Shown one piece after another: positions 9,407 to 22,500 of a stretch of DNA of 60,824 nt; the first letter of the stretch is position 1; each line of letters begins with the position of its first letter. The translations under genes were made by a program, and so were the position numbers. This stretch comes from Patescibacteria group bacterium (GTDB lineage: Bacteria > Patescibacteriota > Patescibacteriia > UBA10025 > JAHIVO01): positions 1-60,824 of the forward strand of contig JAXDBW010000066.1 in the NCBI GenBank assembly GCA_034678405.1, read 5' to 3'. The notes under the pieces were generated by a model, which saw only the letters and a list, made by a program, of their open reading frames with translations, was not told where the DNA came from and did not search any database.

Positions 9407-10573
9407 CTAACCCAGTTCGCGCATAGCTAAACCGATCGCCACTGACATACGGGGGCCCAATTCCTTGAGCAGTCCATCAATTTCTACTGGATGCACCACC
9501 CGAGCCCACGGATCACCGACAAACGACCGAATATTGAATGATGACTGAATATACTGAGTGAGATTACCCAGAAATGCAGAACCACCAGTGAGCACGACCT
9601 TGGCAATCGGCTGCTTGTACTGATTCCGGTAGATATTCATGATATACCGGATTTCGTTCATGATGGAGTTAATGACGTATTTCACCTGCTTGGGTAATTT
9701 ATCGAGCTCCTCACCGCCTACCGCGATACTCATGTCACGCTTAAACTGCTCCGCCTGTTCATAGGACACGCCCATGGCATCGACCATAGCGGTCGTGATG
9801 CTTTTGCCACCGAGGTCAATGCTGCGATTGAGAATCGGCACGCCATCAGCGAAGATAATGATACTGGTCGCGGCTCCACCGATGTCAATAACCATAATCG
9901 GATTTTTATCGTTCCCGACCAGAGAGCGCTCAATGGCAAACGACTCAGTCTCAAGTCCGACCAGCCGCAATCCGGTGGTCTTGAAGAGTTCGACGTAATG
10001 ATTAACCAGGTTCTTCGGAGCCGCTGTGAGCAGCACCTTGATATGCTCCTTTTCACCCCCCGTGAGATCCCCGCTATTAGCCGTGTCTTTTTTCTTATCA
10101 TTCTCTTGTGCATCTGTTTCATCTGACCCTTTTTTGTCTTTGTCCTTCTTGTCTTTCTTCTCTTTTTTGTCCTTCTTATCCTTTTTCTCATCCGGCAAGC
10201 CTCCGAGCACTTCCCAGTCCAGGATCATTTCCTCCAGCGGGATTGGTACAAATTTTTTCGCCTCCCAGCGGACCGCTGAAATAAGATCTTTTTTATTCAT
10301 TGCCGGCAGGCTGATAATCGAGCTAAACACACTAAAGCTCGGCAGCGCGGCGATGGCATTCTCTGTACTTACTTTTGATTGTTTGAGTAATTCTTTGAGA
10401 TGAGCACCAATCGCCTGACGCGCCTCAGGTGAATCATCTTTGACGATGTTATACGTTTCATCAATAAAACCATACGTCACGAGTTGCGGACGGTTATTTT
10501 CTGTTTTGAGCTCGACGACTTTGATACTTGATCCGCCGAGATCGATGCCGACATAACTTTGATTCTTGGCCAT
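9407..10573 (-). CDS. pilM: Type IV pilus assembly protein PilM
   Basis: VGIDLGGSSIKVVEL, WEAKKFVPIP, IDIGG, VLTGGSA, VAIGLAMR (actin-like fold). Confidence 0.95.
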   Translation of the reverse strand: MAKNQSYVGIDLGGSSIKVVELKTENNRPQLVTYGFIDETYNIVKDDSPEARQAIGAHLKELLKQSKVSTENAIAALPSFSVFSSIISLPAMNKKDLISAVRWEAKKFVPIPLEEMILDWEVLGGLPDEKKDKKDKKEKKDKKDKDKKGSDETDAQENDKKKDTANSGDLTGGEKEHIKVLLTAAPKNLVNHYVELFKTTGLRLVGLETESFAIERSLVGNDKNPIMVIDIGGAATSIIIFADGVPILNRSIDLGGKSITTAMVDAMGVSYEQAEQFKRDMSIAVGGEELDKLPKQVKYVINSIMNEIRYIMNIYRNQYKQPIAKVVLTGGSAFLGNLTQYIQSSFNIRSFVGDPWARVVHPVEIDGLLKELGPRMSVAIGLAMRELG

Positions 10574-10578
10574 AGTGA

Positions 10579-13500
10579 CTAGGGCGTTACGCGTTGGTAA
10601 ATGGGTAGGGCTTTCGTGAAATCAGCGAGGCCGGGTGGAGTGTTTGCCACGACTCTCCCATCATACATGATCTGTTCCGCCCCTTCAAGGTTCAGCGTGT
10701 ACTTCCGATCAAAATTATATCCGCTGGCGATGAACAAACCAGAGACATGCAGCGGTACCTGATAATCAATATGATACTCTGCGTTCAGCTGCTGATAGGC
10801 GCGCGATTGACCGGCCGCGGCAAACGTTTCGTTACCTCCGCGCCGGAGACGGATGCCGATACTATGACCGGGGGCGTAGCCGGAGTTATTTACCCATGCC
10901 TGGACTAACCGTGCGGAGTCGGTCAGTTGCTGGAGTGCACCATTTATAGGTGCGCCAGCTGGGATATCCTCAGCCACTTCAGCTACCGACTGGGACATAA
11001 TGCTTGTGTACGGATTGACCCCACCAAACCCAGCGGAGATATTTACCTCATCCAACAGCCCTTGGCGCAATTGGAACGTGCCAGCATCGGCATTGCAGTC
11101 AGAGGCATACAGCCGCAGGTATGCTCCGATGATTTCGGCATTATCAGGAATTTCCGTATAGCCGGCGGTTGGCACAAATCTGAAGAATGACCGATAGGGA
11201 CTGCCACTTGTCCAACCGACATTGAGACAGTCGGCCGCAGGATTTGCGGCCCAGTCACCGGCGTTTTCGCCCCATGCTTCTACATCATCAGCGGTATCAG
11301 TCACGGTATAGACTGTCCGGCGGGGTGAATACTCCACTACTAATTCTGCTGGACTGCCAGTGGGGGCAGTAGCCGCATCAAGTGTCTTGTAGTCATCTGG
11401 ACTGGCATTGCCCTCGTGCAGCATGACGCCGAAATAATCGCCGCTTGCGTATTGATCATCAGATACTACCCGCTGAACTAGCGAATGTATGTCAGGGCTG
11501 GTATGCACGCTCTCAGAATTCCAACCCTGCGTGTCATAGACAATGCTACTCCCAATTCCAGCGTTATAGGCGCTTGCATTGCTGAAATCAACTGATGCGG
11601 GGTCGTCGAGTGCGTAGATACGTGCCTCGTAGTCAGAACCGCTCAGCGCTCCTGTCGAGTGCGTGCGAATATATGCACTGCGGATCTCGGCACCAGGAGG
11701 AATGTCGAGCTGCCATCGCATGAGCGTCCGATAGGTCGTGGTAGCGGTTTGGCCAAATCGCATCGCCGTGGTGGCGCCAGAAACAGACCCGTCCAAACCA
11801 ACTGTTGTATCATCAGCTGCCTGAGCAATAACATGGGTGACGGGCTGGACGCGACTCGTACTAATCACACCGCTCTCGATACTATCATTCGGATCAGCGT
11901 CAATGGCGACGAAGACGCCACTCAAATCATGCACGAGTGAATTAACGTACACATTTCCCCGGACAATGAATGCGGCCGATGGCATTTCAGTAATATCCTG
12001 TAATGGCGATGATGCAGTGGTTGGCTCATAGTAAATATCTGCATTGATAGTCAAATCGCCATCAATGATAATCAGTCCATTGCCAGTGGTACCGGCAGTC
12101 ACATCGCCGCGACTGATGGTGATATCTTGGTCGATGGTGGCGTCACCATTATAATAGTAGACACGTCCATCAAGGATGTCAGGATGCGGCAGGGCGGCTA
12201 GCTCAGCATCGACGTCACCAGTGGCGAATGTATCCACGGTGTGCCCAAACCGATTTTGGCCATTCGTCACAGTGATGAGCGCATCGACATCAATCTTCGA
12301 GAGGGCATTCGGCCCAAAGGGTAATCCATAGTTGGGCACAAGCGGATCGAGACCAGGCTCGATGAGTGAACTCGTCGGTGCGCCCGTCTGCGAGGACGCG
12401 TAATTCCCTGCGATGCCCTGGATAGTACCATTAGAGAGGATGAGGTAGGTACCGGTATATTGGTTTGATCCGGCTGGCGGGGGCGCGAGACTAACATCAT
12501 TGCCACCGTAGATATCACCATACTGAGTCTGGATAAATGGGATACCCAGTAGTGCACCCGCGGGAATAAATTCAATCCAGCCGATGCCCGTCGGCGTATG
12601 ACCTGAGGTGAATTTGGTATAGAGAATATTCGATGCCACACAGTATTTCGTCCCTGGGGCAGCCTGGCTATCGAAACAGCGGGGGTAGGCTGATGGACAA
12701 TCAGCGTCAATCGAGCACACAGTGCCACTGTATTCGCGTTCATTCCAGGCAACCTGGGGATTGCTAAATTGGTCGAGCGCGAGCGAGGGGCTACTGGAGT
12801 ACCCCGCGGGCGTCTCGGCCACCGCCAGATGAGCATCATCGATGTGATTGCGAGCAGGATCCAGAGTATAGCCACCGGAGGCGGTGACCCAGGCACCCTG
12901 ACCGCCATCACTCTCCCGACTCCAGTGCCGGTAGTAGATATCACCATCACCGGTCGTAGTCGTATCATCACCCCAGACGATATGCGGCTGGTCATCACGA
13001 TCCATGACAACCTGAGGCGCCTCACCGGTATCGGCAAACCGTTGTAATTCGCCATTGAGATCGTTGTGTATATTGACCCAGAGGTTTGTTTCGTCTATAT
13101 CGCCACTGACGGTCACCCAGTCCACGCCGTCCCACTGCCGATAGAGTATGTATCCCGGATCGCGCCAGACGATACCAGGCCGACCGTCCCGGTACAGAGC
13201 CAGGTCAGGATCCTGCGGATTCTCCGGTATGCCCAGGAGCCCGCCGATGCCCGCGCTCACCGAGAGGCTGCCCGGGGTACCATCAGCCGTGGACCAGGCA
13301 ACGCCGTTCCAGTATTCATAATACACCTGAGTACCATCTACCCAGACGACATGGGGGATGTCCGCCCCATCCAGTTCTAGTTTCGGGAACAGATGTGCAA
13401 TACCACCACCACGGGCACTGATTTCGAGAACGTCATCAGGACCGCCATTGACGTCGGTCCAGGTGCCGGCATTGAGCCATCGATATTGAATTGCCGAATT

Positions 13501-16500
13501 GTTAGCGGGACCATGACGATACGTAACATGTGGATTATTATTAGAATCCAATTCAAGGTCAGGCGTCCCACCGTCATCTACCTTTGTCGGCGTGGTCCAC
13601 GTCGCCGTCACATTATCCCAACGGCTGAAATACACCTCCCCAGTATCGATGTCGGTGCCACCCTGCTGCCAAGCAAGGTATGGTATATCACTGTCTGTGA
13701 GCGCCAGTGAGGGCCACAATGCGTCGACACCGTCGATATTGCTGACATCGACCTGCGTAGCGATAGGATCGGTCGACCCCGAAACAAATGCAGACCCATC
13801 TGCCGATTCCCACGCACCCCGTTTCATCCGGGCATAATAAATATCATATGAGCTATTTGTTTCATTGTACTCAGTCCAGGCAATGTGAGGATCCCCGATC
13901 GAATCGGTCACAATCGATGGCGAACCATGATACTGATCGGTACTGTCAGCGCCTGCCTGCCCGGTCGCACTTAACTGGAGGTGCGGCAACCAAAGAGAAT
14001 TATTTCGTGCCGAAGGGATCAACGCACCCTGCCAGCCCCAGCCAAAAAGTGTATACAGCTGCACATCAGACGGATTGACATCTGGATCTCCGAGGAATTG
14101 CTGAGAATCAATCTCCGTCCCGGACAGTGTGTAGGTCCCTGACTGGGATTGTCGGTCATCGTACGGACCACCGAGTCGAATCCATCCCCAATCGTTAAAG
14201 CCGAGCGCTTCACCGGCTTCTTTGAGCGAGAGCACCCGTGCCCAGCCGGTCACCTCACGGGTGATACCGCTGAAACTGGCGGTCGCGATTGCTTTGCACT
14301 GTTCGTCCGCTCCGGTCGGTACATAGTTTGGACAATCGCTGTCATGCGCGCAGGTGAAATATATACAATGTTCTCCCGAATTACAGTCAGCATCCTCAAT
14401 ACAGCTGGCGCCAGTATCTGAGCACTCGCCGTAGCGCTGTCCATTTTGACCCGCCTGATCAAAACAGTAGCCAAATCCGTTTCCTTCGGCAGTGTCTAGA
14501 TACAGCTTGGCGAAACCGTTGTACCCACGGCTGCTCACGTAGGTCGTATTATCCACCGAGATGATATCATAGGAGCGGTGCCAGGACGTGGGAAACACCT
14601 GATAACTATCAACCAGCGACAGGCTCGACGCCTCATACTGGAATACGCGTGCCTCGGGATTCGTACAGCCACCGCCGACCGCCGCACAGGCGGTTTGTTC
14701 ACAAATATTACCCGCCCCGCACTGATAATCATAATTACAATCGATGGTGCCGTCATTACTGCATTGACCCGTCGGATGGATCCCAGCACAATAGATCGTG
14801 CGATCATTCGTACAGGTCGCTGCCTGGCCCCAGTCAGTCAGCCAGATATAGCGGCCGTCATAGCTGATGCCCTGCGGGTACATCGAAAATCCGGTCTCTA
14901 CCACATCTACAATACTGGCTGTATCAGGATTGACAATCATGATGCCCCCGGTGCCGAATTCCCCAAGCCCGTGCGTGGTATAAGACGTCACCGGGAAATA
15001 CAGCAGCGCGCCGATCCGGACATGGCCATAGAGCGGATATGCATACGGATCGATATCAATCACCGTTTCCGAACCATTCGTCGGATTGAGCTTCGAGAGG
15101 TAAAAACTCTCATACCCGACCCACATAGACTGGGTGGTGGCATCATAGTCCATCGAGGCTGGATTGCCATGGCTCGCTTGGCATTCGGTAGTACCCGGCG
15201 TGGCATCGGCGCAGTTGAGCTCAACACCAGTTGCCGCATCAAACCGGGAGAAGGACCCCTCGAGATACCCATTGCCGTGGGTATCAGGATCTCCATCGGT
15301 ATCGAAATTCTCACGGTTAGCAGTCCAGAGATCACCACTAACCGGATCATACCCGATGTCCACCGGATCACAGTACTTGGTCGGATCAATGCGATCAATA
15401 TTATCCTGGCACGTATCCATAATGATGGTTTGGTCGACTGCTCTCGTCGCAGGATTTATTTCAAATATCACACCCGGCGTATCGGCCGCGAGCGGAGCCA
15501 CGGTCGTTGTAGCGGTCAACCACAGACTGTTTTGCGCCATGATGATGGCGCTGAGTCCGCTGGCGCCCACGGCAGCCATATCTACGGTATTAATCACAGA
15601 AAAATCATCAGGGTCTATCTGCAACAGCAGATCTGCGTCGCCGCTGACCAGAGCCCAGATATAGGGGCCGCCGACTGTCACATCATCAAACGCGAAGTCA
15701 ATCACGTCACTATTCATATCAGGGTAGACCTGCCCCCACTGGACGGTCCAGTCCGTCGTCTGCGGAGGTGAACCGGCACTCTCTATGCAGGCAGCGCCGT
15801 TGCAGTCGAAATTATCCGCGCACCCCCGCTGGGTATCATTGGCACAGACGTTGGTATTGAAACTGATCCAGCCAGCCCCGCTCTGACCGTACCCGCTGTC
15901 CCAGTAGCGCGCATAGACATTCCACGTCCCGTCAGCCTCCTGCAGCCCCCAGACCAGATGTGGATCTCCATTTCCCTCGACGGCCAGTGCCACCCCACGA
16001 ATATCATCACCGAACTGACGCGATACCTCGAGCGCCGACCCGCCAGTGTCACCACTCACCGTCACCCAGGCGCCAGTACCACCATTGGCTGCCGGATCCC
16101 AGAACCGATAATTGATAACCTGGTCTGAGTCCGGCGCACCGCGCAGGAGCCCAGCGACATGCGGATGAGCATTCGCATCCAGCCGCATGGTGATACCATA
16201 CCGCGTCTGTCCGATATTGACATTGAAATTCGCGTTACTGTTTTGGGCTAGTTGACAGTCAGCAGTAACCCATGTACTAGCTCCCAGACCGCAGGCATTG
16301 TAGACATCCAGCCATTCATACCGTGCCCCATCCGCTTCGCCAAACGCGACATGTGGCTGATTGCTGGAGTCCATGATGATGACAGGACTCGCCGGACTGT
16401 TGGTGGCGTCTGACTGGATTGTTTGTTCGGCGGTCCACCCAGCACCGTCCCAATATCGATACACGATGACATTCCCCGATCCGGCCCAGACGATATGAGG

Positions 16501-19500
16501 ATAGCCAGTACCCTGCTCCAGAGCCAGCGATGGAGCCGGATCACCGGAGGTCGTGAGGCTGATATCATCAAATCCAAGTCCATTGTCAGGGCGAACCCAG
16601 TTGGCGCCATTCCATTCGGTGTAGTACACCTCGTATACCCCTCCGCCGATGTCATGTTTGAAAGCAAGGTGCGGTTCATCTGACACATCGATAGCCAGAC
16701 TGGGAGAATTATCTCCTGCGCCGCTTCCCACCGTACCGGAAATATTGATCTGGGTGGCCAGTACGTCGGTCACGCCAGGTTCGTAGATGGCCCCGCTGAG
16801 TGATGTCCAGGCTCCAAATCCGTTATTTGCCTGCGGATTCCAGCGCAGATGCCATACTTCGCCGTTTTCTATCCAGGTAATATGGGGGTTGCCGTTGGTA
16901 TCAAATGCGAGTGTCGGCTCGATTGAGTCGGCCGCCGTCTGAGAGACATTATCCGCGCCGAGTGCCCCTCCGGCCGTCACCCACTCCCGGCCATCCCACC
17001 GCTGATAAAAAATATCCTTTGTCTGACCGCTGGCGGGCCATGATTCTGCCCACACCCGGTGCTCATGATTAAATGCATCGATCAGGACATTTGAATCCGC
17101 TGAATAATGGAAATTCGTTTGGGCCGGCACGTTTGCATTGAGCTGCGTGATGGAGCTCCACCGTTCCTGGGGGATGGTACGGCCTGATGACGCCCAGGCA
17201 TAACCATTGATCGGATTGATATCCCGTGTTTCCTCAAAGAACGTATTGACTCCCCAGTCCTGACCGACACCGCAGCTAAATCCATAACCAGTGAGAGTAT
17301 ACAGATTCAGGCAATTGGTGGAGATCCAGCCCAGGTTTGATGACCAGGCCCAGCCGACGATGTTATTTCGGACGAGGAAGAGTGACGCCTTTGGCCCGAA
17401 ACCGGTTCCGATACAGGTTTGCCCGGCGATGCAGCCTGCATTATCCGTCGGTCCGAGCGAGGGGCTGTTTGTAGCCGCATCGCCGTTGCGGGCTTTGATT
17501 TCGAAATCATATTTCCGGGATGGGTCCAGCGCGACCGTCACACCGTTGTTTTGACCCCAGTTAGTGTAGGTACCCCAGTACCCACTGGTATCCATGGCAC
17601 CGGTATTATCCACGCAGGCTGAACTCAGATCAATGCTGCCGTCATAGCGTACGTAGTGTCGGTATTCGACACCGCCTGATCCATCGTATTTCGTGACACA
17701 GACGGCATACTGCGTATCTGGATCACCGCCGCCTTTGGGATTATCGTCGACATCACGGATCGCGACCGATGCTGAGGTGCCGTCCTCGGCGCGGACAATG
17801 ATCGGTGCGGCGGGAATAGCGGCAAATGTGTAGCGGCATTCTCCGGGAGCTGCCGGCATACGGCCTCCCGAGTAATCCTGATTGCCATTACGCGACTGCG
17901 CCTGATAGCAGTAGTTGAAGTTCGGTGATAAGCCGGCATCAGTCTCAGTCGTATCGCTGCGGTACCCGGTAAACCCGTTTTCGGTGGCACTGTTGGGATG
18001 ACCAGTCGTCTCGAAAAATCGTATCCCCGAACCAGCCACACCGGTATTTGAAAACGTGCCTTCACTCGACCGGGCGGCGATGGAGATCTGGTTGGTGCCA
18101 TCGACCGTCACATCCACACCGGTCACGGTCTCGATGTCGAGGTGTGCCATGGCATACCCACCTTCCAGGAAATTCTTCGCGTCAATAGCGCGACCGACCT
18201 TGCCATTTGCATCTCGTGCCGCGACGGTGATATTACACCGTGTATTCGGTGTATAGCCGGCTGACCGATACTGATCTAACCCTGTGCTTCCGGTCGAAAA
18301 CGACTGATTGCTGCTGCACCCTGATCGGTTACCCTGGTAAGTCAACGGACCGGCCACCTGCGCTCCGTTGACCGGAGCGCTCCATGTCCAGTAGACGCGG
18401 TCCGTGGTCTGTACCGAATCGGTATTATTGAGACTCTGCGGTTCGCAGGGAGGCAGTGTGGCAGTCCAGTAGGTAAAGGTGCCGGGTCCTGATTTATTTT
18501 CTTCATTTCGCACTTCGATACGGTAATTCTGACGGGTATTAGTGGCACTACAGGCGACGTGCGCATCATCATCGTCCTCGAAATGTACCACTGTATCACC
18601 GGTCGCCCAGTTTTTCAGGTAGAAAAACTCCCCGGCCGATTGTAAAGATAATTTATCGTTCAGGTCGACGTTGGTCCAGGTCGATGTCTCATCACAGGTG
18701 CCCACACAATAGCTCAGCCGGTACTTTGTCTTTCCGAGATAGTCAGGAGGGGGACCGATAGGATTAGATGGATTGGTATCCAGGATCGTCACATCACAGT
18801 AATAATCATCGGCTGCGGCCGTGGCTCCATACACGTAATTACAGTCCACGCCGAGATTCGGCAGCAGCGCGTATGTCCAGACATCACCTGAATTGCTAGA
18901 CCACTGGCCACACCGCTCAGCAAAGCCGTTATTCGCATTGCCACTATCACATGACCGGCTCTGGAGGACGTGGTGAGTATTCGGTATCAGATTAGTCTGA
19001 TTCCAGCCAAATTTCAGCGTACCAATATTATTATAGCGCTGGGCGAATATAGTATCATACGCGTCATTGTCAGTGACGGGCTGCGCCGCTGTACCATTCG
19101 TGATATTCCAGAGGATATTGGTCGTACCGATGAGTGTAGCTACTGGCGCGCTCGGCTGACAGGGGGGCAGTGTGTCGCTTTTGACCGGGGAACTCGGAGA
19201 GGCAGCCGTGCCGCCGGCGTTGAGGGCGGCATACACCCGGAAGTACCGTGAACTGTTGCTGCAGGAGTTAATACGGAAACGGATCGTGGTATTGGGAGCA
19301 TGCAGAATCCACGGATCGGTCGAATTGTGAATTACGGTATTGGTATGGGGGGTATAGCCGGTCGGCAACGCACTCACCGTACTGAAATTATCTGTGGAGT
19401 ATTCTACCTTATAGTAGTACGGCGGCGATGGATTCTGAGTATCCTTGATCGTGAGGTCACAGTAGTATCCATCTGACACACCGTCGGCGTTTGCGCCCTC

Positions 19501-22500
19501 TTCTGTATCATATCCACACACCAGGTCAGGCGAGTCGGGGGGGAATAGCGGCGTGCAGAATTGCACCACGTTTGACATGGTGGCATACCCATCGCCGACC
19601 GAACCGTCGGGATTCTGCGACTGCGCCATGGTCACATAGCACGTGGCCGGGCTGAGACCCGTATAGGTCCAGCCCTGATCAGGCGAACCGTTTTGCCATC
19701 GAGGGCTATATGTTATCGGATAGCGATACCACTGGGGGGTCGCATACCGATCAGTCGCGCTATTTGGTCGTAAATACTGCCAGGTGCTACCATTGTCACA
19801 GACGGCGTTGCCCTCCGGGTCATCACAGATGGCCATGGCATACATCGTATGAACGGGATTTGTGTATTTGCTGTCAGTAGAGACGCTGCGGGAATTAAAG
19901 GGAGTGATATCCATCTTCAGGGTGACGGAATTACCCGTACTCGCGGCCACGGTCGGGCCTGACGGTAGGCGGTTCCTGTTATACGTATAGGTGCACTGGG
20001 TGGTAATGATAGACGGTTCATGCAAATACCCGGTCGGGGTGTCTGCTGCATATTCACAGAAGATGTGTTCTCGTCCCGGCCAGACACCCTGCGGTTCCGT
20101 ACCCTGGAGCGTGACAGAGCCGCTCATGGAAATACCAAACCCGAAATTCAGCAACCACTCACCCAGCGTATAGGTATGACAGGCACGCGGGTACGGGGAG
20201 GAGCTGCATGGATCAATCAGGTCCATGTATGGATCTCCACCAGAGTGGTACTGCCCGGCAAATTTACGGATATACCCGACACCGTTGACAAACGGTCCGA
20301 CGATGCCAAAGGCGTATTTCGTATAGCTAGGATTATTATGGGTAGCCGCCCACGCACTTGTGTTGCCATTACCCACCACCCGGAGCCTGTTCCAGGCAGG
20401 GGAATCCAGCGTCAAAACCGTATCCACAAACTGCGCGTGCGTCCAATCGGTATCGATATTGCTGTAGGGAGAATACCCCGACGGCACATCACTCTGGTAG
20501 GCCTGTGCCCGATACCAGTAGGGAGTGTCGGCCGTCAGGCCGGTATTGGTTACGACGCAGGTACCGCCGGTACCCGCCTTGGAGTTAGCAGAGCAGTCAT
20601 AGGTGCCGTTAACTCCGCCGCATGAGCCGGTCAGGCCGCTGCGGGCCGTACACACGTTCGTCCAGCTGCTCGTGCCATCCGGGGAGCGCTGCAGAACGAA
20701 AGACTCCTCTCCGATCGTGGTATCGGTTATTTCAACACGGAGCTGATTGTAGTCCTCAGAAAAACGAGGCTCGAGTACCTGGATGGTCGGCGCCGGCAGG
20801 TAGTGCACCTCGAGATAGGGCCACGGAGGAGTTCCTTCATACCCCCCTCCGATGATGGGCCAGGCTACCACCCCGATGTAGTATGCTCCAGCACGAACAT
20901 TTTCATCCACGAGATCGAGGATAAACTGGGTTTGCTCAGTAGAGGCAAACGGCGTATAGCCATTGATATAATTTGCCGGGACGACCACGGTGCGCTTACA
21001 CTGCGCGGCGCCAGCACCTGCACACGTCTCAGTATTTGACGGGGGCAGCGTCGACAGACTAGTCGCATACGGGAGCGAGCCGATGAGTTCCGCGGTGTCC
21101 ATGCGGTACCAGTTCGCCGCTAAATCATCATTGACATCGGTCCACATCGGCTGCTGATTATACAGCTCCCCATATATATTGAGCGTGCCACTGGTGAGAT
21201 CGCGCTCAGCGGTAGATAGCGTGGCTGTCTTGTAGAGATATAGATTCAGTGTAGCGCCGATGATCTGATCCTGCGTGACCGTGACATTCGTCGGCGAACC
21301 GGTGGTGAAACTCATATAATAGCGCTGTTCATCTTTGGTATAGCCAAAAATGCTCGTATCATAATATGACGTTCCTATAAATCTCCTTCCCTGATTCACT
21401 GCAAATTTACTAGTATTGAAGCCAAAAGTCGGCGGATCGGAGCTGCTTGCCGATGGATTATCTATTTCAATCTCCCCGTGCAGCTCGTTGCTCCAGTGTA
21501 TGCCATAAAACGTATTATCGATGGCCACTGGATAAGCTGCCTCGGCCAGCCAGGCCTGACCAGTCTCGTCTATCACCTTATGCAGTATCAGCGAATCATC
21601 CGTGCCCACCTCTAACTCATAGTGGATGCCGAAATTTTGCTTACCACTCTCCAGCTCATACATGACCGGCCGCGGAGCGGTAAACACTATATGTTTGGTG
21701 TCAGTATCGTGAAACGTGATGCTGCCGTCGTCATGCAATTTATAATATATATTATCCAGCGTAAGTGTCTGGGTATAGGTTGTCTCCGTCGGCATCTCCT
21801 CAGCGATAATCTCCTCTACCAGCCCGTCCGTCACCACTGTATATCGGACATCCATGCCCTCCAGGAGCGCGGGATAGGTTAGCGTACTGCCGTCAGGAAC
21901 GGGGGTGACACCGGCCGCACCAGCGATCGAAAAAGTGACAGACCGGTCCACGATCCGCGTCTTTTCTACCGGAGCAAACGCACTCGCCGAATCATCCTCA
22001 CCCTCCAGGCTGGACAGATCGAGGACTTGGTTCCCGGCTTCATCCTCGGTCATGGGCAGCTCGGGGAATTCGAGGTAGGTCTCAGTCTCGGGTGCGTTGA
22101 ACGTGATAACCGGTGCTGCGTCTGTCACCGGATGAAACGCGACTTCGGTCGTATTTGCGGTGTTCTCATACGCGCCATCACCCGCAGCCGCGGAGACGAC
22201 CGTGGTATCGATCGGCACATACTCGCCGTCATCGGTCAGATACTCGATTGGTACGGGATAGTAGCGACGGGTACGGGTACCGTCGTCATTACTGACATCC
22301 GTGTAGTTTTTACCCCGGATACGCATGGCGGTGTCATATACCGTCTCGGGATCTACCGGCGTCGGGGCCACGCTATGCGGATGGTCGGGGCCGAGTGTTG
22401 AATACGTGATGAGCAGCAGCCCAGCGCCCAGCACCCCGGCAGTCGCCAGGACGAAGAGGCTGCGGATAGTCCAATATGTGATGGGGATCTGTCTGCGTAT

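Noticed and set aside
14578-15771. 397 aa plus-strand ORF and other antisense ORFs in the giant genes
   Set aside because: Shadow ORFs of GC-rich coding sequence with no recognisable motifs.
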